Of a stretch of 58,845 bases of DNA, positions 11,764-21,769 are shown one piece after another (the stretch's first letter is position 1; the number at the start of each line of letters is the position of its first letter). A model generated the notes under the pieces. It did no database searches. It had not been told where the DNA came from and saw only the letters and a program-made list of their open reading frames with translations. The stretch is from Pseudomonas sp. (GTDB taxonomy: Bacteria > Pseudomonadota > Gammaproteobacteria > Pseudomonadales > Pseudomonadaceae): contig JBFJZW010000001.1 of NCBI GenBank assembly GCA_041621875.1, positions 1 through 58,845 of the forward strand. Reading direction: 5' to 3'. The position numbers were made by a program, and so were the translations under genes.

Positions 11764-12588
11764 TCAGGGCTTGTCGTGTGTGCGGGTCCGCAAGGAAATC
11801 TGTTTGAGGTAGGCCTTGGGCGACAGCCCGGTATGCCGGCGGAAACAGCTGTAGAAGGCCGACAGCGAATTGAAGCCGGCAGCGAAGGCCTGGTCGTCGA
11901 TGCGCTGCAGGTCGTTGCCGGCGTCCAGACTGGCGAGCAGGTGCTGCAGGCGCTTGTGGTTGATATAGCGGTAGAAGCTCTGGCCGAGCACCTGGTTGAG
12001 CAGGTGGGAGATCTGGTTGCGGCTGTAGCCGGTGGCGGCGGCGACCTGCTGCAGGCTCAGCTGCGGGTCGAGGTAGGCCTGGGCGCGCTGCATGTAGTCT
12101 TCCAGGTCCTGCGCCAGCAGGCCCAGCTGGCGGGCGCTGAGGCCGAGGCGGCTGAGCGCCGGGCGTGAGTCACCGGCGGCGTGCTGCTCGCGCGCTTCGC
12201 GCATCAGCGTGGCGTACTCATGGATACGCCAGATCAGGCCGTCGCGCACGGTGATCGCCTCGCCGGTGCGAAACGCCAGCAGACCACCACTGCCCTGCAG
12301 GCTGATGCGGTACTGGATAAAGGCGGTGTGGCCGTCGATGCGAATGCGGTCGGTGTGCTCCAGCGCCTCGCCGGGCTGGCGCGGCAGGTTGTTGCGCACG
12401 TACTCGCGCAGTTCGGCAAAGCCCATGCAGCGCTGCTGGAAGAAGTCGTGGTACTGGATATCCGGGTGATACAGCGCCATCACCGCGTCGAGGTCGCGGT
12501 CTTTCCAGCTGTAGTGATAGCGCATCACCGTGGCACGGGTGCGCTCGCTCTGCTGGACGTCATCGGGGAAGTCGTCGGCCTGGATCAT
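11764..12588 (-). CDS. AraC-family regulator with N-terminal SnoaL/NTF2-like domain
   Basis: N-terminal WKDRDLDAVMALYHPDIQYHD...TVRDGLIWRIHEY (SnoaL-like); C-terminal AraC HTH AGFNSLSAFYSCFRRHTGLSP. Start codon uncertain (12588 or 12624). Confidence 0.82.
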   Translation of the reverse strand: MIQADDFPDDVQQSERTRATVMRYHYSWKDRDLDAVMALYHPDIQYHDFFQQRCMGFAELREYVRNNLPRQPGEALEHTDRIRIDGHTAFIQYRISLQGSGGLLAFRTGEAITVRDGLIWRIHEYATLMREAREQHAAGDSRPALSRLGLSARQLGLLAQDLEDYMQRAQAYLDPQLSLQQVAAATGYSRNQISHLLNQVLGQSFYRYINHKRLQHLLASLDAGNDLQRIDDQAFAAGFNSLSAFYSCFRRHTGLSPKAYLKQISLRTRTHDKP

Positions 12589-12630
12589 GCGGGGTTCCGT
12601 CGTGCCGGTGGGGGCCGCCGCCATGGCCGG

Positions 12631-13956
12631 CTAGCCGGACTCGCCGGGCAGGTGCAGGCTGCGCTTGAGCCGGCGCATGCCCAGCCATACCGCGGCCACG
12701 CACACGGGCACGGCGATGCCGGTGGCCAGGGTGCTGCTGTCGATCAGGCCGAGGGCCTTGGCCGATTCTGCCAGGTATTTGCACAGCCCAACCAGGTAAT
12801 AGCTGATGGCCGCCACCGACAGGCCTTCCACCGTTTGTTGCAGGCGCAGCTGCAGGTGGCTGCGCTTGTCCATGGCCTGCATCAGCTGCTGGTTCTGGGT
12901 TTCGATGGTCAGGTCGATACGGGTGCGCAGCAGTTCGCTGGCCCTGTCGATGCGTCGCGCCAGGTCGTCGAGGTCCTGTTCGGCGGCCTCGCTGGTGCGC
13001 CAGGCCGGGGTCAGGCGGCGCTGGAGAAATTCGCTGAAGGTCTGCAGGCCGGGACATTCCTGTTCGCGCAACTCGCCCAGGCGATTGATGATCAGCTCGT
13101 AATAGGCGCGGCTGGCGGAGAAACGGAAGTTGTGCGCGGCGATCAGCTGCTCGACCCGTGCCGCCAGGCTGCCCAGCTCGCCGAGCAGACGGCGTTCGTC
13201 GCCGAGGTCGCCGATCTGGTTGATCTGCTGGATGGCGGCGGCCAGCTGCTGCTCCATTTCCTTGATCTGCGGGGCGATGGCCTTGGCCTGGGGCAGGGCC
13301 AGGAGCAGCATCATGCGGTAGGTTTCCATCTCCAGCAGGGTGCGCACCAGGCGCCCGCTCTGGCAGGGATTGAGGCCGCGGTTGTGGATCAGCATACGGC
13401 CGCTGCCATCGCTGTGGATGCGGTAGGCGCTCCACAGACGCGCCTGGCCGTCGCTGACGCTGGAACTGATCAGGCGCTGGCCTTCGAAGTGCATGCGCAT
13501 CTCGTCCGGGCTCGGCTGCGCTTCCGGGGCGGCGATGATTTCCAGGTGGTTGCAGCTGAGCAGTTGCCCGGGCAGCTGCTGCAGCCAGTGTTCCGGCAGC
13601 AGGGCCAGGGCATCCTGGCTGAAGGGCGCACCTTGCACCTGCTTGCTGACCAGGGTGTAGGTGGAGAATTCGGTATGGCGTTCCCAGCGCAGTTCGAAGC
13701 CGCCGAAGTCCTGGTAATAGCAGGAGGAGTGCGCCGCCGGCGGCAACACCGCGTGACGATCGCACAGGCGCAGCAGGTGCTGGTATTCGGCGTCCGCCTG
13801 CCGGGTGTCGGGCAGCAGCACCAGTTGCGTCAGGCGCGAAGGCGTCGACAGCACCGGAAAGGGGCGGGTGTGCAACTCGTTGAACAGGGCCTCGCGCTCC
13901 GGGTGGAAGCGCAGGCCATGCTGGCTGCTGGGCGTGTGCATTTGGGGCGAATTCAT
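12631..13956 (-). CDS. DUF3422 family membrane-anchored protein
   Basis: ELHTRPF, LRWERHTEFSTY, LLEMETYRMM and QLRLQQTVEGLS.AISYY motifs; two C-terminal TM segments. Confidence 0.85.
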   Translation of the reverse strand: MNSPQMHTPSSQHGLRFHPEREALFNELHTRPFPVLSTPSRLTQLVLLPDTRQADAEYQHLLRLCDRHAVLPPAAHSSCYYQDFGGFELRWERHTEFSTYTLVSKQVQGAPFSQDALALLPEHWLQQLPGQLLSCNHLEIIAAPEAQPSPDEMRMHFEGQRLISSSVSDGQARLWSAYRIHSDGSGRMLIHNRGLNPCQSGRLVRTLLEMETYRMMLLLALPQAKAIAPQIKEMEQQLAAAIQQINQIGDLGDERRLLGELGSLAARVEQLIAAHNFRFSASRAYYELIINRLGELREQECPGLQTFSEFLQRRLTPAWRTSEAAEQDLDDLARRIDRASELLRTRIDLTIETQNQQLMQAMDKRSHLQLRLQQTVEGLSVAAISYYLVGLCKYLAESAKALGLIDSSTLATGIAVPVCVAAVWLGMRRLKRSLHLPGESG

Positions 13957-14058
13957 GCGCGGCTATCTTGTGCGGCTGGCCTGGCCGGCCAGTCTAGCGA
14001 GAGTTGCGTCTGCCGTGCATGTGTCGCATTGCCGCGAGGCTGTTGTGGTCGAGCCGCC

Positions 14059-14454
14059 TCAGGCCTTCGGCTTGTAGGCGCAATAGCCTGGCCGCGGCCC
14101 GATCTTGGGGTGGTTGCGGCAGGTGTCCGGGCGCTTGTCGTAGATGGTGCACAGACGGGTCTTGCGGTCCAGGTAGTAGCAGTCGTTGTTGCTCATGCGG
14201 GTCAGGGTGAAGATCCCCGACTTCTGGTGGAAACGCTCCACCAGGCCGTCCTTCTGCAGGCGCTTGGCGATGTTCTTGGCCGGCTCGCTGCGCTCGAATT
14301 CGTCCACCACGCCGATGCGGATCAGGTCGTTCAGGCGCACCTCCACCGGCAGGGTGCAGCAGCTGGACATGCAGCTGTGGCACATATCGGCGGTGTATTT
14401 GGCCCAGGTGTCCAGGCGGTCGAGTTCGGCGGCGGCGATCAGGTTGTTTTTCAT
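14059..14454 (-). CDS. YkgJ family cysteine-cluster protein
   Basis: CHSCMSSCC ... C ... CTIYDKRPDTCR; start taken at MKNNLIAA. Confidence 0.88.
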   Translation of the reverse strand: MKNNLIAAAELDRLDTWAKYTADMCHSCMSSCCTLPVEVRLNDLIRIGVVDEFERSEPAKNIAKRLQKDGLVERFHQKSGIFTLTRMSNNDCYYLDRKTRLCTIYDKRPDTCRNHPKIGPRPGYCAYKPKA

Positions 14455-14738
14455 CGGGGGCAGGCGTGCGTCGGTTAGGCGGCGGGCGATGATAGCGAGC
14501 CTGGCGCATTTGTGAATGACTATCTTCCGGCTGGTCATATTTTGTGCGACGGGTGCGGGACTGCCATCCAGGGCAGACAGCCTTAGAGCCGTTGCGGTGT
14601 AACGCTGAAAATGGCTCCCGGCCATTTCTTGCTGTGCTGTGATGCGTGCGGCATTCGTCTCTCTGGGTATGCGCGGGGCGGGCTCCTATACTGCTGCCAG
14701 TTCGAGCCCGCGGCGAGGGCCGGGAGTGCGCGGGTTTG

Positions 14739-14789
14739 CCTGTTTTTAACGCGGCAGTGCCGACGCGCAGCAGGTGTAAACAGCTTCTA
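14739..14789 (-). mobile_element. Fragment (one end) of a MITE-like dispersed repeat
   Basis: Minus strand TAGAAGCTGTTTACAC-CTGCTGCGCGTCGGCACTGCCGCGTTAAAAACAGG aligns to 54170-54221 (31 of 34 identical in the core by eye). Confidence 0.65.
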
Positions 14790-14802
14790 AGGAATGTACT
14801 GC

Positions 14803-17800
14803 ATGCAATGGATCTTTATGCTGGTCGGCCTTGTACTCGGGGCTGTGGCGGATGAGACGCTGACCGCCTCGCTGCTGGGCGCTCTGCTTGGCCTGGGCCT
14901 CGGTCAGGCGCTCAGGCTGCATGGGCTGGAGCGCGAGAATGCGGCGCTGCAGGCCCAGCTCAAGACCTTTGCCCAGCGTTTCGAGCAGGGCACGGCCACC
15001 CTCTATGAACGCCTGCTGAAGCTGGAGCAGCCTGCTGCCACGGCCAGCGAGGAGCCGCCGCCCGCCGAGCCGGCCGCTGTTGTCGAGCCCGCGCCGGCGC
15101 AGACCGTCCCTGCGCAAGCGGCCAGTGCCGCGCCCACCGAGGCGGAGCTGGACTGGACCCTGGACTTTGAGCTGGCCGAGCCGGATAAACCCGCCGAGCC
15201 GGCCCCGCAAGCAGCCGAACCGAAGCTCACCACCAAGCCTGCTGCGCCCTGGAAGCCCGCCGCACCGCGTCAACCGACGTTGATCGAGCGCGCTTTCAGT
15301 GCCGCCAAGAACTGGCTGCTGGGCGGCAATACCGTACTGCGCGTGGGCGTGGTGCTGTTGTTTCTCGGCCTGGCCTTCCTGTTGCGCTACGCCACCGAGG
15401 GCATGGTGGTGCCGGTGCAGTTGCGTTATGCCGGGGTCGCCGCCAGTGCCCTGGCCCTGCTGGGCCTGGGCTGGTGGCTACGCCTGCGCAACCCGGGGTA
15501 TGCCCTGATGCTGCAAGGCACCGGGATCGCCGTGCTGTACCTCACCGTGTTCGCCGCCATGCGCCTGCATCCGCTGCTCGACCCGGGCCTGGCCCTGGGT
15601 CTGCTGGTGCTGGTCACGCTGTTCTCGGCGATTCTGGCGGTCAAACAGGATGCCCTGGGCCTGGCCGCGGCGGCGGCCCTGGGCGGTTTCGCCGCGCCGA
15701 TCCTGACCTCCACCGGCAGCGGCAACCATGTGGCGCTGTTCAGCTACTTCGCCCTGCTCAACGCCGGTATCTTCGCCATCGCCTGGTTCAAGGCCTGGCG
15801 CTTGCTCAACCTGATCGGTTTTGTCGGCACCTTCGGCATCGGCTTCGCCTGGGGCATCCGCTCCTACAACCCCGAGCTGCTGTGGAGCACCCAACCGTTT
15901 CTGCTGCTGTTCTTCCTGATGTATGTGGCCATCGGCCTGCTGTTTGCCCGGCGCAAGCTGTGCGAGGCGGCGGATGCGCCGCAGGAGCGCGACCAGCTGC
16001 TGCGCTGGGCGGCGCGCCAGGGCGACTATATCGACGCCACCGTGCTGTTCGGCCCGCCGCTGGTGGGCTTCGGCCTGCAGTTCGCCCTGGTCCAGCATAT
16101 CGAGTTCGCGGCGGCCTTCAGCGCCCTGGCCCTGGGCCTGTTCTACCTGCTGCTGGCGCGGCTGCTGGTGGGCCGCACGGGCGAGCGCGCGACGCTGCTG
16201 GTGGAAACCTGCCTGGCCCTGGGCGTGGTGTTCGGCAGCCTGGCGATTCCCCTGGGCCTGGATGCGCGCTGGACCTCGGCGGCCTGGGCGGTGGAAGGTG
16301 CGGGCATCTACTGGCTGGGGTTGCGCCAGCGACGCGGGCTGGCGCGGGCCTTCGCCCTGCTGCTGCAGTTCGGCGCGGCCGTGGCCTTTGTCATGGGCCT
16401 GGAGGGTGCCTATCGGACCCTGCTCGACGGTGCGCCCCTGGGTGCGCTGATGCTCGGCGCGGCCTTGTTGTTCAGCTACTGGCAGTTGCGCCGCAGCCCG
16501 CCCGAGGCGAGCAGCAGCTGGGAGCGGCGCGGCTTGCCGCTGCTGGCCTGCAGTGGCCTGGCCTGCCTCTATCTGATCGCGCCCCTGCTGTTTGCTGCCC
16601 AGGGCACGGCCATCAGCTGGGCCGTGGCCGGTTTGCTGACCCTGCTGGTGGGCCTGCGTTTGCCGGCGCGCAGCTTTCTGTTCAGCGCCTTCGCCGTGCA
16701 GCTGCTCGGCGGCTTGGTGTTTATGCTGCAGATGGCCGGCGATGCGCTGACCGGCGGTGGTGGCTTTGCCGCCGGCTGGCAGGGCCTGCTGACCTCATCC
16801 TTGATCGGCCTGGGCCTGATCGCCGGCATGTTGCTGGCGGCACGCGATCCTCAGGTCAGTAGCGATCGCCGCCTGCTGCGCGGCCTGTCCCTGGTGCTGC
16901 TGGTGGGGCTGGTATTCCTCAACCTGGCGGTGCTGTTCGTTCTGCCCTGGGCCACGGCCAGCGCGGTATGGGGCGGCAGCGGGCTGTTGATCATCTGGCT
17001 CAGCCTGCACCTGCAGCAGCGCGCCAGCTTTGTTTTCGGCCTGTTGCTGCAGGGCCTGGCGGGCCTGGTGTTCCTCGGCGTCAGCCCGTTGCTGTATGGC
17101 CAGCTGGGCAGCGAGGGGCTGCGCCCGCTGGCCCATGTGGATTTCTGGACGCCACTGGTGCTGGGCATCGCCGCACTGGTCGGGGCCTGGCGTCTGCAGC
17201 AACTGGCGCGCCGCGAAGGGCCCGCTGCCCTGGGCAATTTCAGCCTGCTTGGTCTGGCCCAGTTGCTGCTGGTATGGGGCGCGGCCTGGTGGGCGCTGGC
17301 GCTGAGTAGCGAAGTGCTGCGTTTCCTCGATCCCGAATGGCAGGCGGCGGCCTTGCTCGGCGTCGCCGCCCTGAGCGTGGCGGCGGCCAGTTGGCTTGCC
17401 CCACGAGCACGCTGGCCGGAACTGGCACTGCTGTGCTGCCTGTTGATCCCCCTGGCTGGCGTGGTGCTGCTGCATGCCTGGCACCTGCACTATCAGCCGG
17501 CGGCGCATTTCGGCTGGCTGGGCTGGGCGCTGCTGTTCGCCGTGCACTTCTGGTCGCTGCGTCGGCTGGCCGCACAGCTGCCGGGCGGGGCCCTGAGCGC
17601 CGCCCATGTGCTGGGCTGCTGGTTGCTGTTGGGGGTGCTGGCGCTGGAGTTGCGCTACCTGTTCTTCGCCTTGTCCGAGCATTACAACGCCTGGCGCTGG
17701 CTGGGTTGGGCGCTGCTGCCCAGCGCCTACCTGTGGCTGATGTCCCTGCCGCGGCAGTGGTCCTGGCCGCTGGCGGCCTATCCACGGCAATATCGCCTGT

Positions 17801-18402
17801 TGGCGGCAGCTCCCCTGGCGCTGCTGATGCTCGGCTGGTTCTGGCTGGCCAACGTGGCCAGCGCCGGCGATGCCGCGCCACTGGCCTATCTGCCGCTGCT
17901 TAACCCGCTGGAGCTGGGCCTGCTGTTCGCCCTGGGTGCGGTGTTCGCCTGGGCCCGCACGGGCCTGGTCGAGCTGGGCGTGGATGCCATGCGCAGTCAG
18001 TGGCTGACTCAGGCGCTGGCGGGTGCCTCGCTGTTCGCCCTGCTCACCGCCATGGTGATGCGCACCGCTCATCACCATGGCGGCGTGCCCTATCGGCTGG
18101 ATGCGCTGCTCGATTCGATGCTGGTGCAGGCCGGGTTGTCGATCGTCTGGACCCTGATCGCCTTGCCGCTGATGGTCCTCGGCAACCGCCGCGGCCGGCG
18201 TGAGTTGTGGCTGATCGGCGCGGCGCTGATTGCCGTGGTGGTGGCCAAGTTGTTGTTTGTCGAGCTGGGCAATCGTGGCGGCCTGGAGCGCATCGTGTCC
18301 TTTATCGGGGTGGGGGTGTTGTTGCTGGTGGTCGGCTATTTCGCCCCGTTACCACCACGCAAGGCCGAAGCCGAAGTCGAGCAAATCCGGGAGTCGGTAT
18401 GA
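14803..18402 (+). CDS. DUF2339 large multi-pass membrane protein
   Basis: ~1200 aa; N-terminal TM and coiled coil, Pro/Ala linker, WLLGGN.VLRVG, many TM segments, ending RIVSFIGVG..YFAPLPP. Confidence 0.88.
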   Translation: MQWIFMLVGLVLGAVADETLTASLLGALLGLGLGQALRLHGLERENAALQAQLKTFAQRFEQGTATLYERLLKLEQPAATASEEPPPAEPAAVVEPAPAQTVPAQAASAAPTEAELDWTLDFELAEPDKPAEPAPQAAEPKLTTKPAAPWKPAAPRQPTLIERAFSAAKNWLLGGNTVLRVGVVLLFLGLAFLLRYATEGMVVPVQLRYAGVAASALALLGLGWWLRLRNPGYALMLQGTGIAVLYLTVFAAMRLHPLLDPGLALGLLVLVTLFSAILAVKQDALGLAAAAALGGFAAPILTSTGSGNHVALFSYFALLNAGIFAIAWFKAWRLLNLIGFVGTFGIGFAWGIRSYNPELLWSTQPFLLLFFLMYVAIGLLFARRKLCEAADAPQERDQLLRWAARQGDYIDATVLFGPPLVGFGLQFALVQHIEFAAAFSALALGLFYLLLARLLVGRTGERATLLVETCLALGVVFGSLAIPLGLDARWTSAAWAVEGAGIYWLGLRQRRGLARAFALLLQFGAAVAFVMGLEGAYRTLLDGAPLGALMLGAALLFSYWQLRRSPPEASSSWERRGLPLLACSGLACLYLIAPLLFAAQGTAISWAVAGLLTLLVGLRLPARSFLFSAFAVQLLGGLVFMLQMAGDALTGGGGFAAGWQGLLTSSLIGLGLIAGMLLAARDPQVSSDRRLLRGLSLVLLVGLVFLNLAVLFVLPWATASAVWGGSGLLIIWLSLHLQQRASFVFGLLLQGLAGLVFLGVSPLLYGQLGSEGLRPLAHVDFWTPLVLGIAALVGAWRLQQLARREGPAALGNFSLLGLAQLLLVWGAAWWALALSSEVLRFLDPEWQAAALLGVAALSVAAASWLAPRARWPELALLCCLLIPLAGVVLLHAWHLHYQPAAHFGWLGWALLFAVHFWSLRRLAAQLPGGALSAAHVLGCWLLLGVLALELRYLFFALSEHYNAWRWLGWALLPSAYLWLMSLPRQWSWPLAAYPRQYRLLAAAPLALLMLGWFWLANVASAGDAAPLAYLPLLNPLELGLLFALGAVFAWARTGLVELGVDAMRSQWLTQALAGASLFALLTAMVMRTAHHHGGVPYRLDALLDSMLVQAGLSIVWTLIALPLMVLGNRRGRRELWLIGAALIAVVVAKLLFVELGNRGGLERIVSFIGVGVLLLVVGYFAPLPPRKAEAEVEQIRESV

Positions 18403-19763
18403 ACAGGGTCAAATCGCGTTACCTGGGCTGGGGGCTGCTCGCCGGTCTGTTGCTCAGCCCATTCGTCCAGGCTGAAGAACGCCTGGAGGATTTCGCCGTG
18501 CAGCTGCCCCTGGCGCTGTCCGGCGAAGGCCCCTGGTATCGCCTGGAGGTGCCCATGGCCCTGCATTTCGCCGCGCGTTTCGGCGATCTGCGTGACCTGC
18601 GGGTGTTCAATGCCGAGGGCCAGGCGCTGGCCTATGCCCTGGTGCCGGGGCAGAGCGAGGCGCACGATAGCCAGCAGGAACAGGCGGTACGCTGGTTTGC
18701 CCTGTATGCCGAGCAGGACGATGGCAGTGGCGTGCCCAACCTGCGGGTGCAGCGCAGCACCAGCGGCACCCTGATCGAGCTGCTGGATGAAGCGGACGCT
18801 GCGCCTAAGCCGGCGCAGCTGCGCGGCTGGGTGCTCGATGCCAGCGCCATCGAGGAGCCGCTGGTGCGCCTGCAGCTGGACTGGGTCGGCGCTCAGGAGG
18901 GCTTTCAGCGTTTCAGCATCGAGGCCAGCGACGACCTACAAAGCTGGCAACCCTGGGGCACGGGGCAGCTGGCGCGGCTGTCCTTCGGCAGCGAACGCAT
19001 CGAACAGCGCCAGGTCGAGCTGCCGGGGCGCAAGGCGCGCTATCTGCGCCTGCTCTGGCAAAGCCCGCAACAGGCTCCGCAGCTGACGGCAGCGATCCTG
19101 CACAGCCAGCGCAGCGAACAGGCCCCGGCCCCGCTGGTGTGGTCGCAAGCGCTGCCGGCCAGTCGCAGCCCGGATGGCGAGTATCAGTGGCAACTGCCCC
19201 TGGCCCTGCCGCTGGAGCGGCTCAGGGTCGAACTCAGTCAGGCCAACAGCCTGGCCCCCATCCGCGTCAGTGGCCGCAACGAAGCCAAGGGTGCCTGGCG
19301 ACCACTGGCCCAGGGCCTGCTCTATCGCTTGCCGGAAAATGGCACGGAGATCCGCCAGGACGAACTGCAGTTGCCGGGTTGGCCGGTGCAGCAGCTGCGC
19401 CTGCAGGTGGATCCCCGCGGCGGCGGCTTGGGCACTGAGCCGCCGACCTTGCAGGTGGCCGTGCGCGCCAGCCAGCTGGTGTTTCTGCAGCGCGGCAGTG
19501 CGCCCTATCGGCTGGCGCTGGGCCGGGCCGGGGCGCAATCGGCGGCCCTGCCGCTGAACACCCTGATTCCGGCTTATCAGCCGCAGCGGCTGCAGCAATT
19601 GGGGCGTGCCGAGCTGCTGACGGAGGCCGCTCTGACGCCGCAGCCTAACGCTGCCGCTGATGGCGAATGGAAGCGCTGGGGGCTCTGGGCGGTTTTATTG
19701 CTGGGCGTGGGCATGCTGGGGTGGATGGCCATCAGTCTGCTGCGCCGGTCGACGGCCGACTGA
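18399..19763 (+). CDS. DUF3999 family protein
   Basis: ATGA-coupled to DUF2339; signal peptide, DLRVFNAEG, IEASDDLQSW and a C-terminal TM (WGLWAVLLLGV). Confidence 0.85.
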   Translation: MNRVKSRYLGWGLLAGLLLSPFVQAEERLEDFAVQLPLALSGEGPWYRLEVPMALHFAARFGDLRDLRVFNAEGQALAYALVPGQSEAHDSQQEQAVRWFALYAEQDDGSGVPNLRVQRSTSGTLIELLDEADAAPKPAQLRGWVLDASAIEEPLVRLQLDWVGAQEGFQRFSIEASDDLQSWQPWGTGQLARLSFGSERIEQRQVELPGRKARYLRLLWQSPQQAPQLTAAILHSQRSEQAPAPLVWSQALPASRSPDGEYQWQLPLALPLERLRVELSQANSLAPIRVSGRNEAKGAWRPLAQGLLYRLPENGTEIRQDELQLPGWPVQQLRLQVDPRGGGLGTEPPTLQVAVRASQLVFLQRGSAPYRLALGRAGAQSAALPLNTLIPAYQPQRLQQLGRAELLTEAALTPQPNAAADGEWKRWGLWAVLLLGVGMLGWMAISLLRRSTAD

Positions 19764-19979
19764 AGGCCGATACTGGCCTGTCGCCAAAATAAACCCATGA
19801 TGGGGCCTGGCTTTTACAGTATCTTTGGCGGCTTGAATTGATCGAGGTTTGAGGTCAGGAAGGCCCTTGCGTATCGCTATCTCGACTACAGTGCGGAGCC
19901 TTTCCGCAAGCGTTTCTGGGCGGCGGGCAGCTTTGTGCTGCTGGCGTATCGGGGCGTTATCCATTGCAGCGCACAAGCG

Positions 19980-21626
19980 ATGAACGCCTGCGGTGATTCC
20001 GCCTGGGCGCTGAGTGCGCCGGTGCTGCTGACGATCTGCGTGTGTTGCGGCGTGCTGCTGCTGGCGCGCTGGGTCAAGCGCCAGCGCTACTTCCCCGGGC
20101 GCGAAACCTTTATCGTGCTGCACCTGGCCAGCATCTGGTGGATGGTGGCCGCCGGCCTGGAAATGGCCGCGCAGGGCCCGCAGTGCAAGGTGTTCTGGGC
20201 CAGCATGGCCTGGCCCGGGATTCTCGCGGTACCGACCTTCTGGGCGATGTTCCTCTGGCAGTACGTCAACAGCGTGCGCCAGCCATTGTCGCTGCGCACA
20301 GCCCTGGGGCTGGCCGTGATGCCCCTGCTGATCTGGCTGATGGCCCTGAGCAACCCCTGGCATGGCCTGTTCTACGGCCCAGGCACCGCGCCGCTGAGCG
20401 ATGCTCCGGGTGCGCCTATCCGCTACCAGCATGGTCCGCTGTTCTATGCGGCGGCGGCCTACCTCTATCTGTTCATGGCCTTCAGCATCGGCGTGGTGCT
20501 GCGTGCGGCGCTGGTCAGCTACGGCGTGCATCGCCGCCATTTCATGGCGTTCGCGGTGGTCACGGTGATCCCCTGGGTGGCCAATATCGGCTATGTGGGG
20601 TTCGGCTGGATGCTGTTCGGCTTCGACCCCACCCCCTTCAGCTTCGCCTTTACCCTATTGGCGTTCGCCTGGCTGATCGTCGGCGTGCGTCTGTTCGACC
20701 TGCTGCCGGTGGCCCGTCATCTGCTGCTCGATGCGCTGCTCGACCCGGTGCTGGTGGTCGATGCCCGGTTGCGGGTGATCGAGGCCAACCCGGCGGCGCT
20801 CAAGCTCGCCGGCCTGCAGGACGGCTGGCAAGGCCGCCCGCTGGTGGACTGGCCGGTGCTGGGGGCGGATCTGCAGGCATTGCTGGCCGACCAGCCCAAG
20901 GTCGAGCAGGAGCAACTGCTGGCCCTGGCCAATTCGGCGCGCTACTTCGAGGTGCGCATCCGCGCCATCGAGCGCACGACCCACCGCGGCACCCTGGTGC
21001 TGGGACAGATGCTCTATCTGCGTGATGTCACCCAGCGCCATCTCAGCGAGTTGAAGCTGGCCGAGGCCCTGGCCGTCAGCGAAGAGCGCCTGCGGACCAT
21101 TTCCGACCTGCATGAGCAGCTGCGCGAGCAGGCGCTGTGCGACCCGCTGACCGGCCTGTACAACCGCCGCTACCTGGACGAGTTCTTCGCCCGCGAGCTG
21201 GCCCTGGCCCAGCGCGAGCGCACGCCGATCTCCCTGGCCCTGATCGATCTGGATCATTTCAAGCGGCTCAACGATGAGCACGGCCATCTGGAAGGCGATG
21301 ACGTGCTCAAGGGCGTGGCTCAGCACCTGCTGGAAAACCTGCGCAGCTCCGATGCGCTGTTTCGCATCGGCGGCGAGGAATTCCTCCTGATCCTGCCCCG
21401 CGCCGATGGCCAGGAGGCGCGTCAGCGCCTGGACGCCATCTGCCGCAGCCTGGCCGCCCATCCCTTGCCCACCCGCGGCGGTGCCCGCTACGTCACCCTT
21501 TCCGCCGGCCTGGCGCTCTGGCCCGATCAGGGGCTGGCGCTCGACGAGTTGCTCCAGATTGCCGATGCGGCGCTGTACCAGGCCAAACACGAAGGGCGCA
21601 ACCGGGTGTGCGTGCTGTCCCGCTAG
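19980..21626 (+). CDS. Diguanylate cyclase with N-terminal 7TM (HisKA_7TM-like) and PAS domains
   Basis: Multiple TM helices ending FDLLPVAR; PAS (VIEANPAA); DPLTGLYNRR, DLDHFK, RSSD I-site and intact GGEEF. Start codon uncertain. Confidence 0.88.
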   Translation: MNACGDSAWALSAPVLLTICVCCGVLLLARWVKRQRYFPGRETFIVLHLASIWWMVAAGLEMAAQGPQCKVFWASMAWPGILAVPTFWAMFLWQYVNSVRQPLSLRTALGLAVMPLLIWLMALSNPWHGLFYGPGTAPLSDAPGAPIRYQHGPLFYAAAAYLYLFMAFSIGVVLRAALVSYGVHRRHFMAFAVVTVIPWVANIGYVGFGWMLFGFDPTPFSFAFTLLAFAWLIVGVRLFDLLPVARHLLLDALLDPVLVVDARLRVIEANPAALKLAGLQDGWQGRPLVDWPVLGADLQALLADQPKVEQEQLLALANSARYFEVRIRAIERTTHRGTLVLGQMLYLRDVTQRHLSELKLAEALAVSEERLRTISDLHEQLREQALCDPLTGLYNRRYLDEFFARELALAQRERTPISLALIDLDHFKRLNDEHGHLEGDDVLKGVAQHLLENLRSSDALFRIGGEEFLLILPRADGQEARQRLDAICRSLAAHPLPTRGGARYVTLSAGLALWPDQGLALDELLQIADAALYQAKHEGRNRVCVLSR

Positions 21627-21769
21627 GTTTTGGCGTGCTCGCCAGGCAACTCGCGCAGCCCTGACCTCACCCAAATGGGTGAGGCTGGCGCTAGCCCGTG
21701 CATTGGCTCACAAAACTGACTACATTCTGTGCCGGTAAGGTCCAATAAAAATAAATTTCCAGGTGGCCC

